NCBI RefSeq assembly: GCF_006345805.1
Contig: NC_043006.1
Span: forward strand, 13,764,001-13,828,000
Length of the DNA stretch: 64,000 nt
DNA from: Octopus sinensis
Taxonomy: Eukaryota
Reading direction: 5' to 3'
The notes under the pieces were generated by a model, which searched no databases, was not told where the DNA came from, and saw nothing but the letters and a program-made list of their open reading frames with translations. Below are positions 37,751 to 49,412 of this stretch, one piece after another. Every line of letters starts with the position of its first letter. The stretch's first letter is position 1. The position numbers and the translations under genes were made by a program.

Positions 37751-38589
37751 GATAATAATAATAACAATAATAATAATAATTATTATTATTATTATCATTA
37801 TTATTATTATTTATATTATTATTGCTTGTACTTGGAAAGAGAGTACTTTTTTCGTGACGTGTAAGTTTTTTTTTTAAATTTGTTGTTTTTAAATTTGGTA
37901 TTCGAATTTTTGTTGGACTGTTCACAAAATAAGCCGGTTCGCTTTGCCTGCAGCGATCTGGCTTGGCAAAAAATTCACTCTTTCAACGAATTTTAAGATT
38001 TATGATTTAAAATTTTCTTTATTTTGAAACAAAAATTACAATATTGTTTCCCAAATCGAGGGCTGTTGGAATGGCCATTTTGACATTATATCCCCACTCT
38101 AATTGATATTGTCGAGAGACAAATCACAGACGGCAACAACAACAGCAGCAGCAGCCGCAGTGACGAACAGGATAATATTAAAAATGATGCAAGCACGACC
38201 TCCGTTACCGTCTCCAACACCACCACTGCTGCCGCCGCCGCCACATTCCTTTCCCTACCGCCACAGATTTCTCCGACTTTGAAAACTTATCTAACGAGGA
38301 AGAACAGTGTTAGAAACACACCAGAATGAATCCTGGCGAAAATGAAAAATAAAAAAAAATTACAAAATATAAAGCGTAGTCGAAGACTAAAAAAGAATAG
38401 ATTAGAAGAGCAGATATAGAAACCAAGGAACTACTACCCACCCATACACCCTACACCAACACAACTACAAGCATCTCCAACAGTAGAACATTACAAACAC
38501 CTCAACAAACGAAAACACATAGCAATCCAGACCAACACCATAAGCAGCATTTCCAAGCAACCATCATTTACACGGCCATAAGCACAAAT

Positions 38590-39110
38590 ATGAACTTTTC
38601 CGAATTTCCATTCCTTCTTAAGTTCTCCATTTCTTATCCTGACACTACACTCTTCAAGGAGTTTATATCTTCAGAAATTCTCCTTTTCCATCACGGTTGC
38701 TTATTTCCTCTTCTATCCGTCGCTGTTCTATTCTCAGCAGTTCTCAATCCCATCCTTTCCGCCACAATCCTCTTAGCAGCCTCGATAAGATTATTTGTTT
38801 GTGTCATGTTCTTTGTATCAATGTGTCTCAATACATTATTGAATTTACTCGTCTCTTGATTTAGTCTCCATTGGTTAGCCTTCTAATAGTTGCACACAAA
38901 TTCTATCTATTCAGTATTTAATAGATCCACAATTCTTTCTATTATTAATCGACCGTCATTATTTGAGTAGTCACCGATCTCAATTCTTTAACAATTAACG
39001 TTATTATATTCTTGCGGACAATTGTCCATCTATTCCTCCATATCACTTTCGCATGCCCAACTTCACTCAATAGATTGACAAGTTTGTATTTTGAACCTGT
39101 GGAAATCACT
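38590..39110 (-). mobile_element. Decayed R4/Dong-like N-terminal fragment
   Basis: Minus-strand reading NNLIEAAKRIVAERMG..KQP*WKRRI matches the pre-RT region of this clade. Confidence 0.55.
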
Positions 39111-39229
39111 CTAAATGCCGATGAAAATGATAACAATGGCACTCTTCTGGGGTTTTTTTTTGTTTTGTTTTCTTTTCTTTTTGCTTCTGTATACCTACTG
39201 AAGGAGTTAATTCAATCCTATTACCAAAA

Positions 39230-40365
39230 ATGAAGTAGATTCTTAACGAAATTAGTAGACAATCAACACTACTAAGCAACAAGAAGGCAACAAAAATACT
39301 GTATAAATACATTACAGAAAAAGATTTACCTGAGATAAAAGAAAAGCTGAAGCAAGATATCCTTGCCAAAGCACAAAGGATCCGCCAGTACGAGAAACGC
39401 CAACGTTTCTTTGAAGTAAACAAACAGTTCAACACCAACCCCTAAAAATTCTAACAAGAATTTGGCAAAAATAAAATGGGCATCAATGCAGCACCAACGA
39501 CAAAACAATCAGCCACCTCTTTTATATGGATGACCTAAAACTATACGCTACAAATGATAAACACCTGGAAACGCAACTACAGACAGTACATGGATTTACC
39601 AAAGACATAGACACGAAATTTTGATTAGAAAAATGTGCCAAAGCAACATTGAAAAGAAGAAAACTAGTTAAGAGTAGCAGCATCACACTAGATAAAGCCA
39701 AGGAAATAAGAGAATTGGACCAAAGCCAGACATACAAATATTTAGGAATCAATGAACTAGATACGATACAACACACACAAATCAAAGAGAAAATAAAGAA
39801 AGAATACTATAGACGAGTTAGATCAATACTCAAATCAGAGATCAATGCTAAAAACAAGATAATAGGTATTAACACTCTAGCTGTCCCAGTTATAAGTTAC
39901 AGCTACAATATCCTTAACTGGACACTAATTGAACTAACCAAAATAGACAGGAAAACAAGAAAAATAATGACAGAAAGGCTATACATACAACGTATAGGTG
40001 GTAGAGGCCTTATACAGCTGGAAAACTATTATAAAATAACCACCATAGGACTGCAAAAATACCTACTTCAGAAGCAAGGAAAACTAATACAAATAGCTAC
40101 AAAACACGAGCAAAACAAAAATCCGTTTTCAGTATTTAAGGAAGCTGACCAATACAAACAAGAAATCATGCTACCTAACAAATATAAAGAAGAAGAAGAA
40201 ACAACAAAAGCTATAAAACAAATGAAATCCAAGCTAAAACTAGAACAGCAACGGACCTTGATAAAACAATGGCAAGGGAAGCCCCTTTCATGGCAAATAC
40301 TAGGCTAAACTAAATGCAAAAGAAACAATAGACAGAGAAAAATCCCAGCAACGGTTGAGAAGCTC
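39230..40365 (+). mobile_element. R4/Dong family A fragment with internal deletion
   Basis: Matches ~34375-34640, then jumps at ~39500 to ISHLFYMDDLKL and continues as ~35490-36390. Confidence 0.88.
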
Positions 40366-40776
40366 AAGACGTCAAAAGCTGTTCGGCAAAGCTCCACAAC
40401 TCAGTAAAGCCCGAACACTGGACATGCATGCAGGGTGGTTTCACTGCCATGTGCCACAGGTCCGCCTGAAACACTTCCGTTGAAGTGCTACAGGATTAGC
40501 GGTTGAAGAAATTCATAGGAGAATTTAGAAAATGAACAGGACGGCTGTAAATCAATAGTAGCATAAAATGAAGGGGTAACGAAGGGGTAAGAAATGAAGA
40601 AAATGAAAAAGAAGGAAAGCTTTATGCACTTAATAATGCTGATAAAGTAAAACAGTGGAGGTGATTTGGCTGGACAAGTGATAAGAAATTTTGAACAAGA
40701 CTTGAGCGTTGAAGAGGAGATTCTAGAAATGTCGTGAGGTAAAATGCTTGGTGTGAATAATGAAATTACACTAAAT

Positions 40777-41008
40777 CTATTTCTTTACTACCCACAAGGG
40801 GCTAAACACAGAGGGACAAGTAAGGACAGACAGACGGATTAAGTCGATTACATCGACCCCAGTGCGTAACTGGTACTTAATTTATCGACCCCGAAAGGAT
40901 GAAAGGCAAAGTCGACCTCGGCGGAATTTGAACTCACAACGTAACGGCAGCCGAAATACCGCAAAGCATTTCGCCCGACGTGCTAACGATTCTGCCAGCT
41001 CGCCATCG
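40777..41008 (-). mobile_element. SINE family B
   Basis: Full-length match to 7423-7655. Confidence 0.9.
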
Positions 41009-41253
41009 AAAGGTTGGACAGAGGGAAAGTAAGAAGAGCCACAGTCAAAGTAAATGACGTTTTGAGCTTGGTTGAAACAGAGAGAACATTAGTGAAGGAA
41101 ACCAGCGAATCCATGACTGCTACTAATGTTGTAGCTGACATAATAGGATACGAGCGGAAAGCTGTTGAATGAATGAAGGAGGACGAAGAGAAAACAAATG
41201 AAGTTGGGAAACACAGGGATGGAACTGGGGCAACTAAGTAGGAACATGAGAGA

Positions 41254-41655
41254 AGCAGGAGTGGCTGTGTGGTAAGTAGCTTGCTAACCAACCACATGGT
41301 TCCGGGTTCAGTCCCACTGCGTGGCATCTTGAGCAAGTGTCTTCTACTATAGCCCCGGGCCGACCAATGCCTTGTGAGTGGATTTGGTAGACGGAAACTG
41401 AAAGAAGCCTGTCGTATATATGTGTATATATATATATATGTATGTGTTTGTGTGTCTGTGTTTGTCCCCCTAGCATTGCTTGACAACCGATGCTGGTGCG
41501 TTTACGTCCCCGTCACTTAGCGGTTCGGCAAAAGAGACCGATAGAATAAGTACTGGGCTTACAAAGAATAAGTCCCGGGGTCGATTTGCTCGACTAAAGG
41601 CAGTGCTCCAGCATGGCCGCAGTCAAATGACTGAAACAAGTAAAAGAGTAAAAGA
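41254..41655 (+). mobile_element. SINE family A, young subfamily
   Basis: Intact A/B boxes (GTGTGGTAAG, GGGTTCAGTCCC); near-identical to the reverse complement of 43205-43620. Confidence 0.9.
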
Positions 41656-41764
41656 GAGAGAGAGAGAGTAACTCAAGAATGAAGTAGTAATTAGTAAACT
41701 GAAGAGACGGTATAGACTAGAAGAGAGAGAGAGAGAGGGAGAGAGAGAGAGAGAGAGAGACAAA

Positions 41765-41982
41765 CAGAATCGTTAGCATGCCGGGCGAAATGCTTTGTGG
41801 TATTTCGTCCGCCGCTGCGTTCTGAGTTCAAATTCCGCCGAGGTCGACTTTGCCTTTCATGCTTTCGGGGTCGATTAAATAAGTGCCAGTTACGCACTGG
41901 GGTCGATGCAATCGACTTAATCCCTTTGTCTGTCCTTGTTTGTCACCTCTGTGTGTAGCCCCTTGTGGGCAGTAAAAGAAAT
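41765..41982 (+). mobile_element. SINE family B
   Basis: Match to other copies, slightly 5'-truncated. Confidence 0.88.
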
Positions 41983-42004
41983 AAGAATATTCTCTTTCTC
42001 TTTT

Positions 42005-42378
42005 ATTCTCTGTTACTTGTTTCAGTCATTTGAATGCGGCCACGCAGGAGCACCACCTTTAGTCGAGCAAATCGACCCCAGGACTTATTCTTTGTAAGCC
42101 TAGTACTTATTCTATCGATATCTTTTGCCGAACCGCTAAGTTACGGAGACGTAAAAAAACCAGCATCGGTTGTCAAGCGATGTTGGAGGGACAAACACAA
42201 ACACATAAACACACACACATGCATATATATATATCTATACATATATACGACGGGCTTCTTCTCAGTTTCCGTCTACCAAATCCACTCACAAGGCTTTGGT
42301 CTGCCCGAGGCTATAGAAGAAGACACCTGCCAAAGGTGCCACGCAGTGGGACTGAACCCGGAACCATGTGGTTGGTAG
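42005..42378 (-). mobile_element. SINE family A
   Basis: Match to other copies. Confidence 0.85.
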
Positions 42379-43204
42379 AATTTCCACAAAGGGTGGCGGC
42401 ATTAAATGATAAATTGAAAAGATATGGTACTAGATGCAAAGATTTTGAACAAAAGAGATTGTTTCAATCAAATACATGGCATCCTTTTGACAAAATAGAG
42501 GTGTAACAACATCAGGAATTGAGTCCTAGCGCAGAAGAAATTAAAGTATTTTGGAGAGAACTTTGTAACAGGCTAGTGAGATATGAAGAAAGAGTCGAGT
42601 GGCTAATACAAGTGGAGAGACAACTTGCAACAATTCCGAGACAAAGGACGTGAGAATTGATCTTTACTCTGGGAGACTGAAGTTTTAAAAAAATATTTAT
42701 TTGGAAAGAACCAGGCCCTGATGAATACAAAGACAGCGGGAAAACTTTACGCAGTTGCGTGAAAGGATCTCTGCACACTTTGTTGAAACCTTGATACAGG
42801 TACACTATCCTACTTGGAAGACAAGTGGACGGACGTTGTTGTGTCCCAAGGGCCCCTTTAGAGGTAAATTGGCGTCAAATTTTCGACCTTTAAATTGTTT
42901 GCTACATATATGGATGCTTATGACCGGTGTCTTGGCGGAAAATTCATATCATCTGAAAAATAACAACTTACTTCCAGTGGAACAGAAAGAATTAAGGAAG
43001 TAAAATATGGAAATTGAAGGTCAGTTGTTAGTTGATAAAATGATAATATTAAATTGCAGATACAGATTTACGGGATTAAATGTAGCATGAATGAATTACA
43101 GAAAAGAATACGACATCATACCGCCCTGTTGGTTAAGTAAAATAATGAGCATGTTTGAAGTGACAGAAATGATGGGAAAATATGGGAAAATGGCCAATAT
43201 TCTT

Positions 43205-43620
43205 TTTCTTTACTCTTTTTACTTGTTTCAGTCATTTGACTGCAGCCATGCTGGAGCACCGCCTTTAGTCGAGCAACTCGACCCCGGGACTTATTCTTTG
43301 TAAGCCCAGTACTTATTCTATCGGTCTCTTTTGCCGAACCGCTAAGTGACGGGGATGTAAACACACCAGCATCGGTTGTCAAGCAATGCTAGGGGGACAA
43401 ACACAGACACACAAACATATTCACACACACTTATATATATATATACATATATACGACAGGCTTCTTTCAGTTTCCGTCTACCAAATCCACTCACAAGGCA
43501 TTGGTCGGCCCGGGGCTATAGCAGAAGACACGTGCCCAAGATGCCACGCAGTGGGACTGAACCCGGAACCATGTGGTTGGTTAGCAAGCTACTTACCAAA
43601 CAGCCACTCCTGCGCCTATA
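43205..43620 (-). mobile_element. SINE family A, young subfamily
   Basis: Reverse complement of 41254-41655; short duplication of the 5' end (CAGCCACTCCTGCGCCTAT twice). Confidence 0.9.
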
Positions 43621-44161
43621 ACAGCCACTCCTGCGCCTATGGGTATGAACCATTGGAATACTGAATTGATTGGGGGAAAATAAAGACTTATGGTATGTTT
43701 TTAGGTGATATCTTATCTCCATTACTATTTGTATTAGCCATGATACCGCTCTGTGTGGTATTAGGGAAGATCAAATTAGCTCATGATTTAGGAAAACGGT
43801 ATGGTCAGGTAAATCATCTTCATTTTATAGATGATATAAAGCTTTCAGCGAGAAATGAGAAGCAGCTTCAGTATCTTGTACGTATTGTTTGCCTTTTCTC
43901 AATTGATTTACGTATGGATTTCGGAATTTAAAAGTGCTCTACGTTGATAATTAAGTGTGCAAGATTTGAATGAAGCCAGAGAATTGAAATGTCAAATAGG
44001 CAAACAATGAAAGCAGCCGAGAAAGGACAGTGACGTAAGTATTTGGAAATACTGGAGGTGAGTAAAAGAAAGCATGAAGAGATGAAGTAAATTACAAGAA
44101 GGAAGTATTCAGAGAGATTGAGAAAAATATTAGTCAAGGTTGAATTAAAAGCAAATTATTA

Positions 44162-44397
44162 AATTATTTCTTTACTGCCCACAAGAAGTTACACACAGAG
44201 GGGACAAACAAGAACAGACAACGGAATAAGTCGATTACATCGACCCCAGTGCGTAACTGGTACTTAATTTATCGACCCCGAAAGGATGAAAGGTAAAGTC
44301 GACCTCAGCCGAATTTGAATTCAGAACGCAGCGGCGGACGAAATACCGCAAAACATTTCGCCCGGCGTGATAACGTTTCTGCCAGCTCGCCGCCTTA
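44162..44397 (-). mobile_element. SINE family B
   Basis: Match to other copies. Confidence 0.88.
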
Positions 44398-44547
44398 CTG
44401 CAAGAGCAATGCCAATTATCAGATATGGAGTTGAATTGAACGAAAAAAGGGGCTTACAGAAACTTGAGAGAAATATTAGAAAACTTGTTGACTAAGTTTA
44501 AAACCCACCATCCAAAAGCTGATACTAACCAATTGTACTTGAGGAGA

Positions 44548-44620
44548 CGCGACCTGTTCACTGACAAAACTTCGTGCTGCATCTCCAGCATCATGAAGTT
44601 TTGTCAGTGAACAGGTCGCG
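44548..44620. repeat. Perfect 26-bp inverted repeat (hairpin)
   Basis: CGCGACCTGTTCACTGACAAAACTTC (44548-44573) / GAAGTTTTGTCAGTGAACAGGTCGCG (44595-44620). Confidence 0.95.
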
Positions 44621-44784
44621 GTCTTAAAGCGACGAAAATATTTTGACAAATTAAATTTAAATGCTGAAGTGAATCTAACGGTTTTTTGTGTTTCTTAAAT
44701 GGCTTACAAACACCTTCCACGCTGCAACTGTTTTCCTTCCAGCAAACGATCTCAGATCAAGTCACTCGCTATGCAAGTACATCT

Positions 44785-44850
<66 letters not shown>

Positions 44851-44854
<4 letters not shown>

Positions 44855-44934
44855 ATATATTATCATCATCGATCAGTTAACTGATTCGGAATGTTAGATA
44901 CATACATACATACATACATACATACATACATACA

Positions 44935-44966
<32 letters not shown>

Positions 44967-45232
44967 GACATATATAAATGTATACTCATATACATACTTG
45001 CATACTTTTATAAATACATACATGGATACATACATTCAAACCTACATACATATTTACATGCATACATATATATATACATACATATAAATGTATATAGCTT
45101 TGTATGTGTGTGTTTATGTATAAATGTATATATGTATGCATGTAAATATGTATGTAGATTTGTATGTATGTAACCATGTATGTATTTATAAAAGTATGCA
45201 AGTATGTATATGAGTATACATTTATATATGTC

Positions 45233-45264
<32 letters not shown>

Positions 45265-45328
45265 TGTATGTATGTATGTATCTAACATTCCGAATCAGTT
45301 AACTGATCGATGATGATCATATTTCAAT
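44851..45328. repeat. ~480-bp quasi-palindrome
   Basis: Arms of ~230 bp beginning ATCATCATCGATCAGTTAACTGATTCGGAATGTTAGATAC, centred near 45090. Confidence 0.9.
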
Positions 45329-45926
45329 ACGAGTTGACGATGTCATGCACGTATGTATATTATTATACATAGTAGAATAAATACGTTACGACGCACCTGT
45401 CGATTAACATGTAGGACTATGAATTTCATGCGAGTAGATGAGGAATATTTATGTTATGATTCTTTTAATATCATACTCTTATTTGATCTTGTTGCATACC
45501 TCTCGGATTTATGCGGTTGAGTACATACATGCATATGTATGTATATATATATATTATATTAAATTAGAGATAAAACCACTAAATCTTTTAATACTTTTGA
45601 TATATTTTTAAAAAATAATTAATTAATAATTAAAATAATATATAAATATAAAAATATACATACATACATATATATATATATATATTTGTATATATATATA
45701 AAATTTATAAGTTTAAATTATTTAAATAATTTTTTAATTTTTAACTTTTATATTTTTAAATTACTTTTATGTATTGGCTTATGTTTTTCACTGTTTGATT
45801 TGCCTAATTGTGGTTTTATCTCTAATTTAATATAATATGATATAATATATTTATACTATAAAATTGGATTTAATCCTAAATCTCATTTTTCCCAGTAAGT
45901 TTGGATTCATTCCCTAATATTATTAT

Positions 45927-46004
<78 letters not shown>

Positions 46005-46379
46005 CTGTGTGTGTCTGTGTGTGTGTGTATGTAAGTATGCATGTATATATATAATATATGATATTATATATTAAATATATTATATTATATTATATTATAT
46101 ATATTATATTATATTATATTATATTGTATTGTATTGTATTGTATTGTATTGTATTGTATATATACAGGGTTCGCTAAAAGTCACTGTCTGTAATTCTGTA
46201 CTGACTCGAATGGAAAAATGTGTCGCTCAAGAAGGACTTCAGCTTGAACAATTTTCATGATGTTTCATATTTAAATCCTTTTATTAAATTCATTGTTAAG
46301 CATAAATGAACCTTGGAATTAAATGGTTTTGATTTACAGTCAGGTGACTTTTGACCAACATTGTATTATATTTGATATA

Positions 46380-46550
46380 TAATACATGCACACACGCGCA
46401 CACACATAGTACACATATGTGTATATATATATATGTGTGTGTGCGTGTGTGTGTGTGTGTGTGTGTTTGTGTTATGTATTATATATACATCCATGCACAC
46501 ACACACACACACACTCACACACTCACACACATACATATTACACATATGTG

Positions 46551-46587
<37 letters not shown>

Positions 46588-46663
46588 GTGTGTGTTATGT
46601 ATTATATATACATCCATGCACACACACACACACACTCACACACATACATATTACACATATGTG

Positions 46664-46708
<45 letters not shown>

Positions 46709-46790
46709 TATGTATTATATATACATCCATGCACACACACACTCACACACATACATACACACATACATATATACTTACATAGTATATATA
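46380..46790. repeat. Triplicated composite microsatellite unit (~113-123 bp)
   Basis: GTTATGTATTATATATACATCCATGCAC at 46471, 46594 and 46707. Confidence 0.85.
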
Positions 46791-47249
46791 TATATAGAGA
46801 GAGAGAAAGAGACAGAGAGAGACAGAGAAAGAGGGGTAGGGAGGGAGGGAGGGAGGGAGAGATAATATAACAAGAGGCAAAAGGGATTAATAAATCCAGG
46901 CAGATATGTAGGAAGCACTCAGTATTAAGCGAACTTGGTTAGCTATATCGAACAATCAGGTACCAGTAAATTCAGATAGAATTCGCTTCCAAGCTAATCC
47001 CTCGCGTATGATAAGTAAATCCAGATATCGCTTAGAAGAACTTCAAGGAATCCGGACTACTCGTATATGACATAAACAAGAATGGAGAAAATCACATTGT
47101 TTTCGGATATATTGGTTTGACTGCCGTTTCATACTTTCTCTTCCATGTCTAAGTATGTTGGCAAAATAGAAACTATAATGGGTAATGTATGGTGCAACCA
47201 TCGATTACAACAGATGTGCTTTTCTTCATTCTTGTTTATGTTATAAATA

Positions 47250-47268
47250 TAGATAGATAGATAGATAT

Positions 47269-47341
<73 letters not shown>

Positions 47342-47456
47342 GATAGAGAGATAGAGAGATAGATAGATAGATAAATAGATAGATAGACAGGCAGACAGAC
47401 AGGCAGACAGACCGACAGACTGACAGACAGACAGACAGACACACAGACAGACAGAC

Positions 47457-47535
<79 letters not shown>

Positions 47536-47540
47536 CAGAC
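47250..47540. repeat. (GATA)n/(GACA)n microsatellite
   Basis: Direct reading. Confidence 0.95.
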
Positions 47541-47961
47541 AGTATTAAGTGTATTATCTTTGAAATTTAGTCTCATGCAGCTGGTTACTAAATAATGTAT
47601 ATTTATGTATATTTAAATGTGCAATTATGAAAGAAGCAATTTACCAAATCGCCACGTAGACAATTTGAATTGACTATGATAATAAATAAAGTGAATGTCC
47701 ATTTTTTTTTTTTATATATAATGTTAATATTTTTTCTCCTCTGTCGAAAACAATGGAAACCTCTATAGCGACAACTGGAATTTCAGAAGTGTCAGCAACC
47801 AATATCGAATAAGAGCCAACAACACACGCTAGTACATATACACAGGGAGAATTTTCCATATCGTTAATCGATATACAACTAAAATGGTGTACGCTTGGAT
47901 AAAGTTTATCCCCAAGAAAGAACAACTTCTTTCCAAACAGACATATATATATATGTGTATG

Positions 47962-48004
<43 letters not shown>

Positions 48005-48054
48005 GTGTGTGTGTGTGTGTGCGTGTGTGCGTGTGTGTTTGTATGTATATATAG

Positions 48055-48197
48055 GCTGTGTGGTAAGTAGCTTACTAACTAACCACATGGTTCCGGATTC
48101 AGTGTCTTCTACTATAGCAAGTGTCTTCTACTATAGCCTCGGGCCGACCAAAGCCTTGTGAGTGGATTTGGTAGATGGAAACTGAAAGAAGTCTTCG

Positions 48198-48250
<53 letters not shown>

Positions 48251-48833
48251 ATATATATGTGTGTGTGTGTTTGTGTGTCCGTGTTTGTTCCCACCAACAT
48301 CGCTTGACAACCGATGCTGGTGTGTTTATGTTCCCGTAACGTAGCGGTTCGGCAAAAGAGACCAATACAATAGGTACTAGGCTTATAAAGAATAAGTCCT
48401 GGGGTCGATTTGCTCGACAAAAGGCGGTGCTCCAGCATGGCTGCAGTCAAATGACTGAAACAAGTAAAAGAATAAAAGAATATATATAGGCGCAGGAGTG
48501 GCTGTGTGGTAAGTAGCTTGTTTACCAACCACATGGTTCCGGGTTCAGTCCCACTGTGTGGCACCTTGGGCAAGTATCTTCTACTATAGCCTCGGGCCGA
48601 CCAAAGCCTTATGAGTGGATTTGGTAGACGGAATGTGTTTGTCCCTCTAGCATTGCTTGGCAACCGATGATGGTGTGTTTATGTCCCCGTTACTTAGCGG
48701 TTCGGCAAAAAGACCGATAGAATAAGTACTGGGCTTACAAAAGAATAAGTCCCGGGGTCGATTTGCTCGATTAAAGGCGGTGCTCCAGCATGGCCGCAGT
48801 CAAATGACTGAAACAAGTAAAAGAGTAAAAGAG

Positions 48834-48838
<5 letters not shown>
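48055..48838 (+). mobile_element. Two head-to-tail SINE family A copies; the second lacks the internal microsatellite
   Basis: Heads at ~48055 and ~48488; the second joins GGTAGACGGAA directly to TGTGTTTGTCCC. Confidence 0.85.
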
Positions 48839-48864
<26 letters not shown>

Positions 48865-49329
48865 TTATTCTTTCACTTGTTTTAGTCATTTAACTGCGGC
48901 CATGTTGGAGCACTACCTTTACGGGGACGTAAACACACAGGATGTCACAAACCGTAAATAACATGAAATACGAAGACAAAAGAGTTGAATACATTAAAAA
49001 AAATGAGAGAAACAAATGGAAAACATAAAGAACGAACCTTCATCAAAGACTCATATTTTCATTCAATGCTCGAAATGGGGAGTAGATGGACAGCCAACAA
49101 CTGATGAAGGGTCGTTCTTTATGATACTTGTCCGGTTTTCCATCTGCCTATCTGTGTATGTATGTGTGTGTATAATAGTATGAATTGATTATATTCATAT
49201 GAATATTAATATATATTTTCGCGAAATGTATTTTCCATTTTGGGACTGCAGAATATAAAATAATACCACCAATTCTAGTCTTTAATAGACAGAAAAAACA
49301 GACTGATGGACAAACATATAGATAGAAAT

Positions 49330-49411
<82 letters not shown>

Positions 49412-49412
<1 letters not shown>

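Larger units (their letters stand above)
42380..44545 (+). mobile_element. Highly decayed R4/Dong-like RT region interrupted by SINEs
   Basis: NFRPLNCL, LLPVEQKE, GDILSPLLFVLAMIPL, HLHFIDDIKL, HHPKADTNQLYLRR. Confidence 0.75.

Noticed and set aside
40370-41250. Purine-rich segment suspected to be a decayed LINE on the minus strand
   Set aside because: No diagnostic motif could be read by hand; left unclassified.
41254-41330. tRNA gene-like A/B boxes (also 7423, 56645, 27352)
   Set aside because: No complete cloverleaf; each runs straight into a SINE body.
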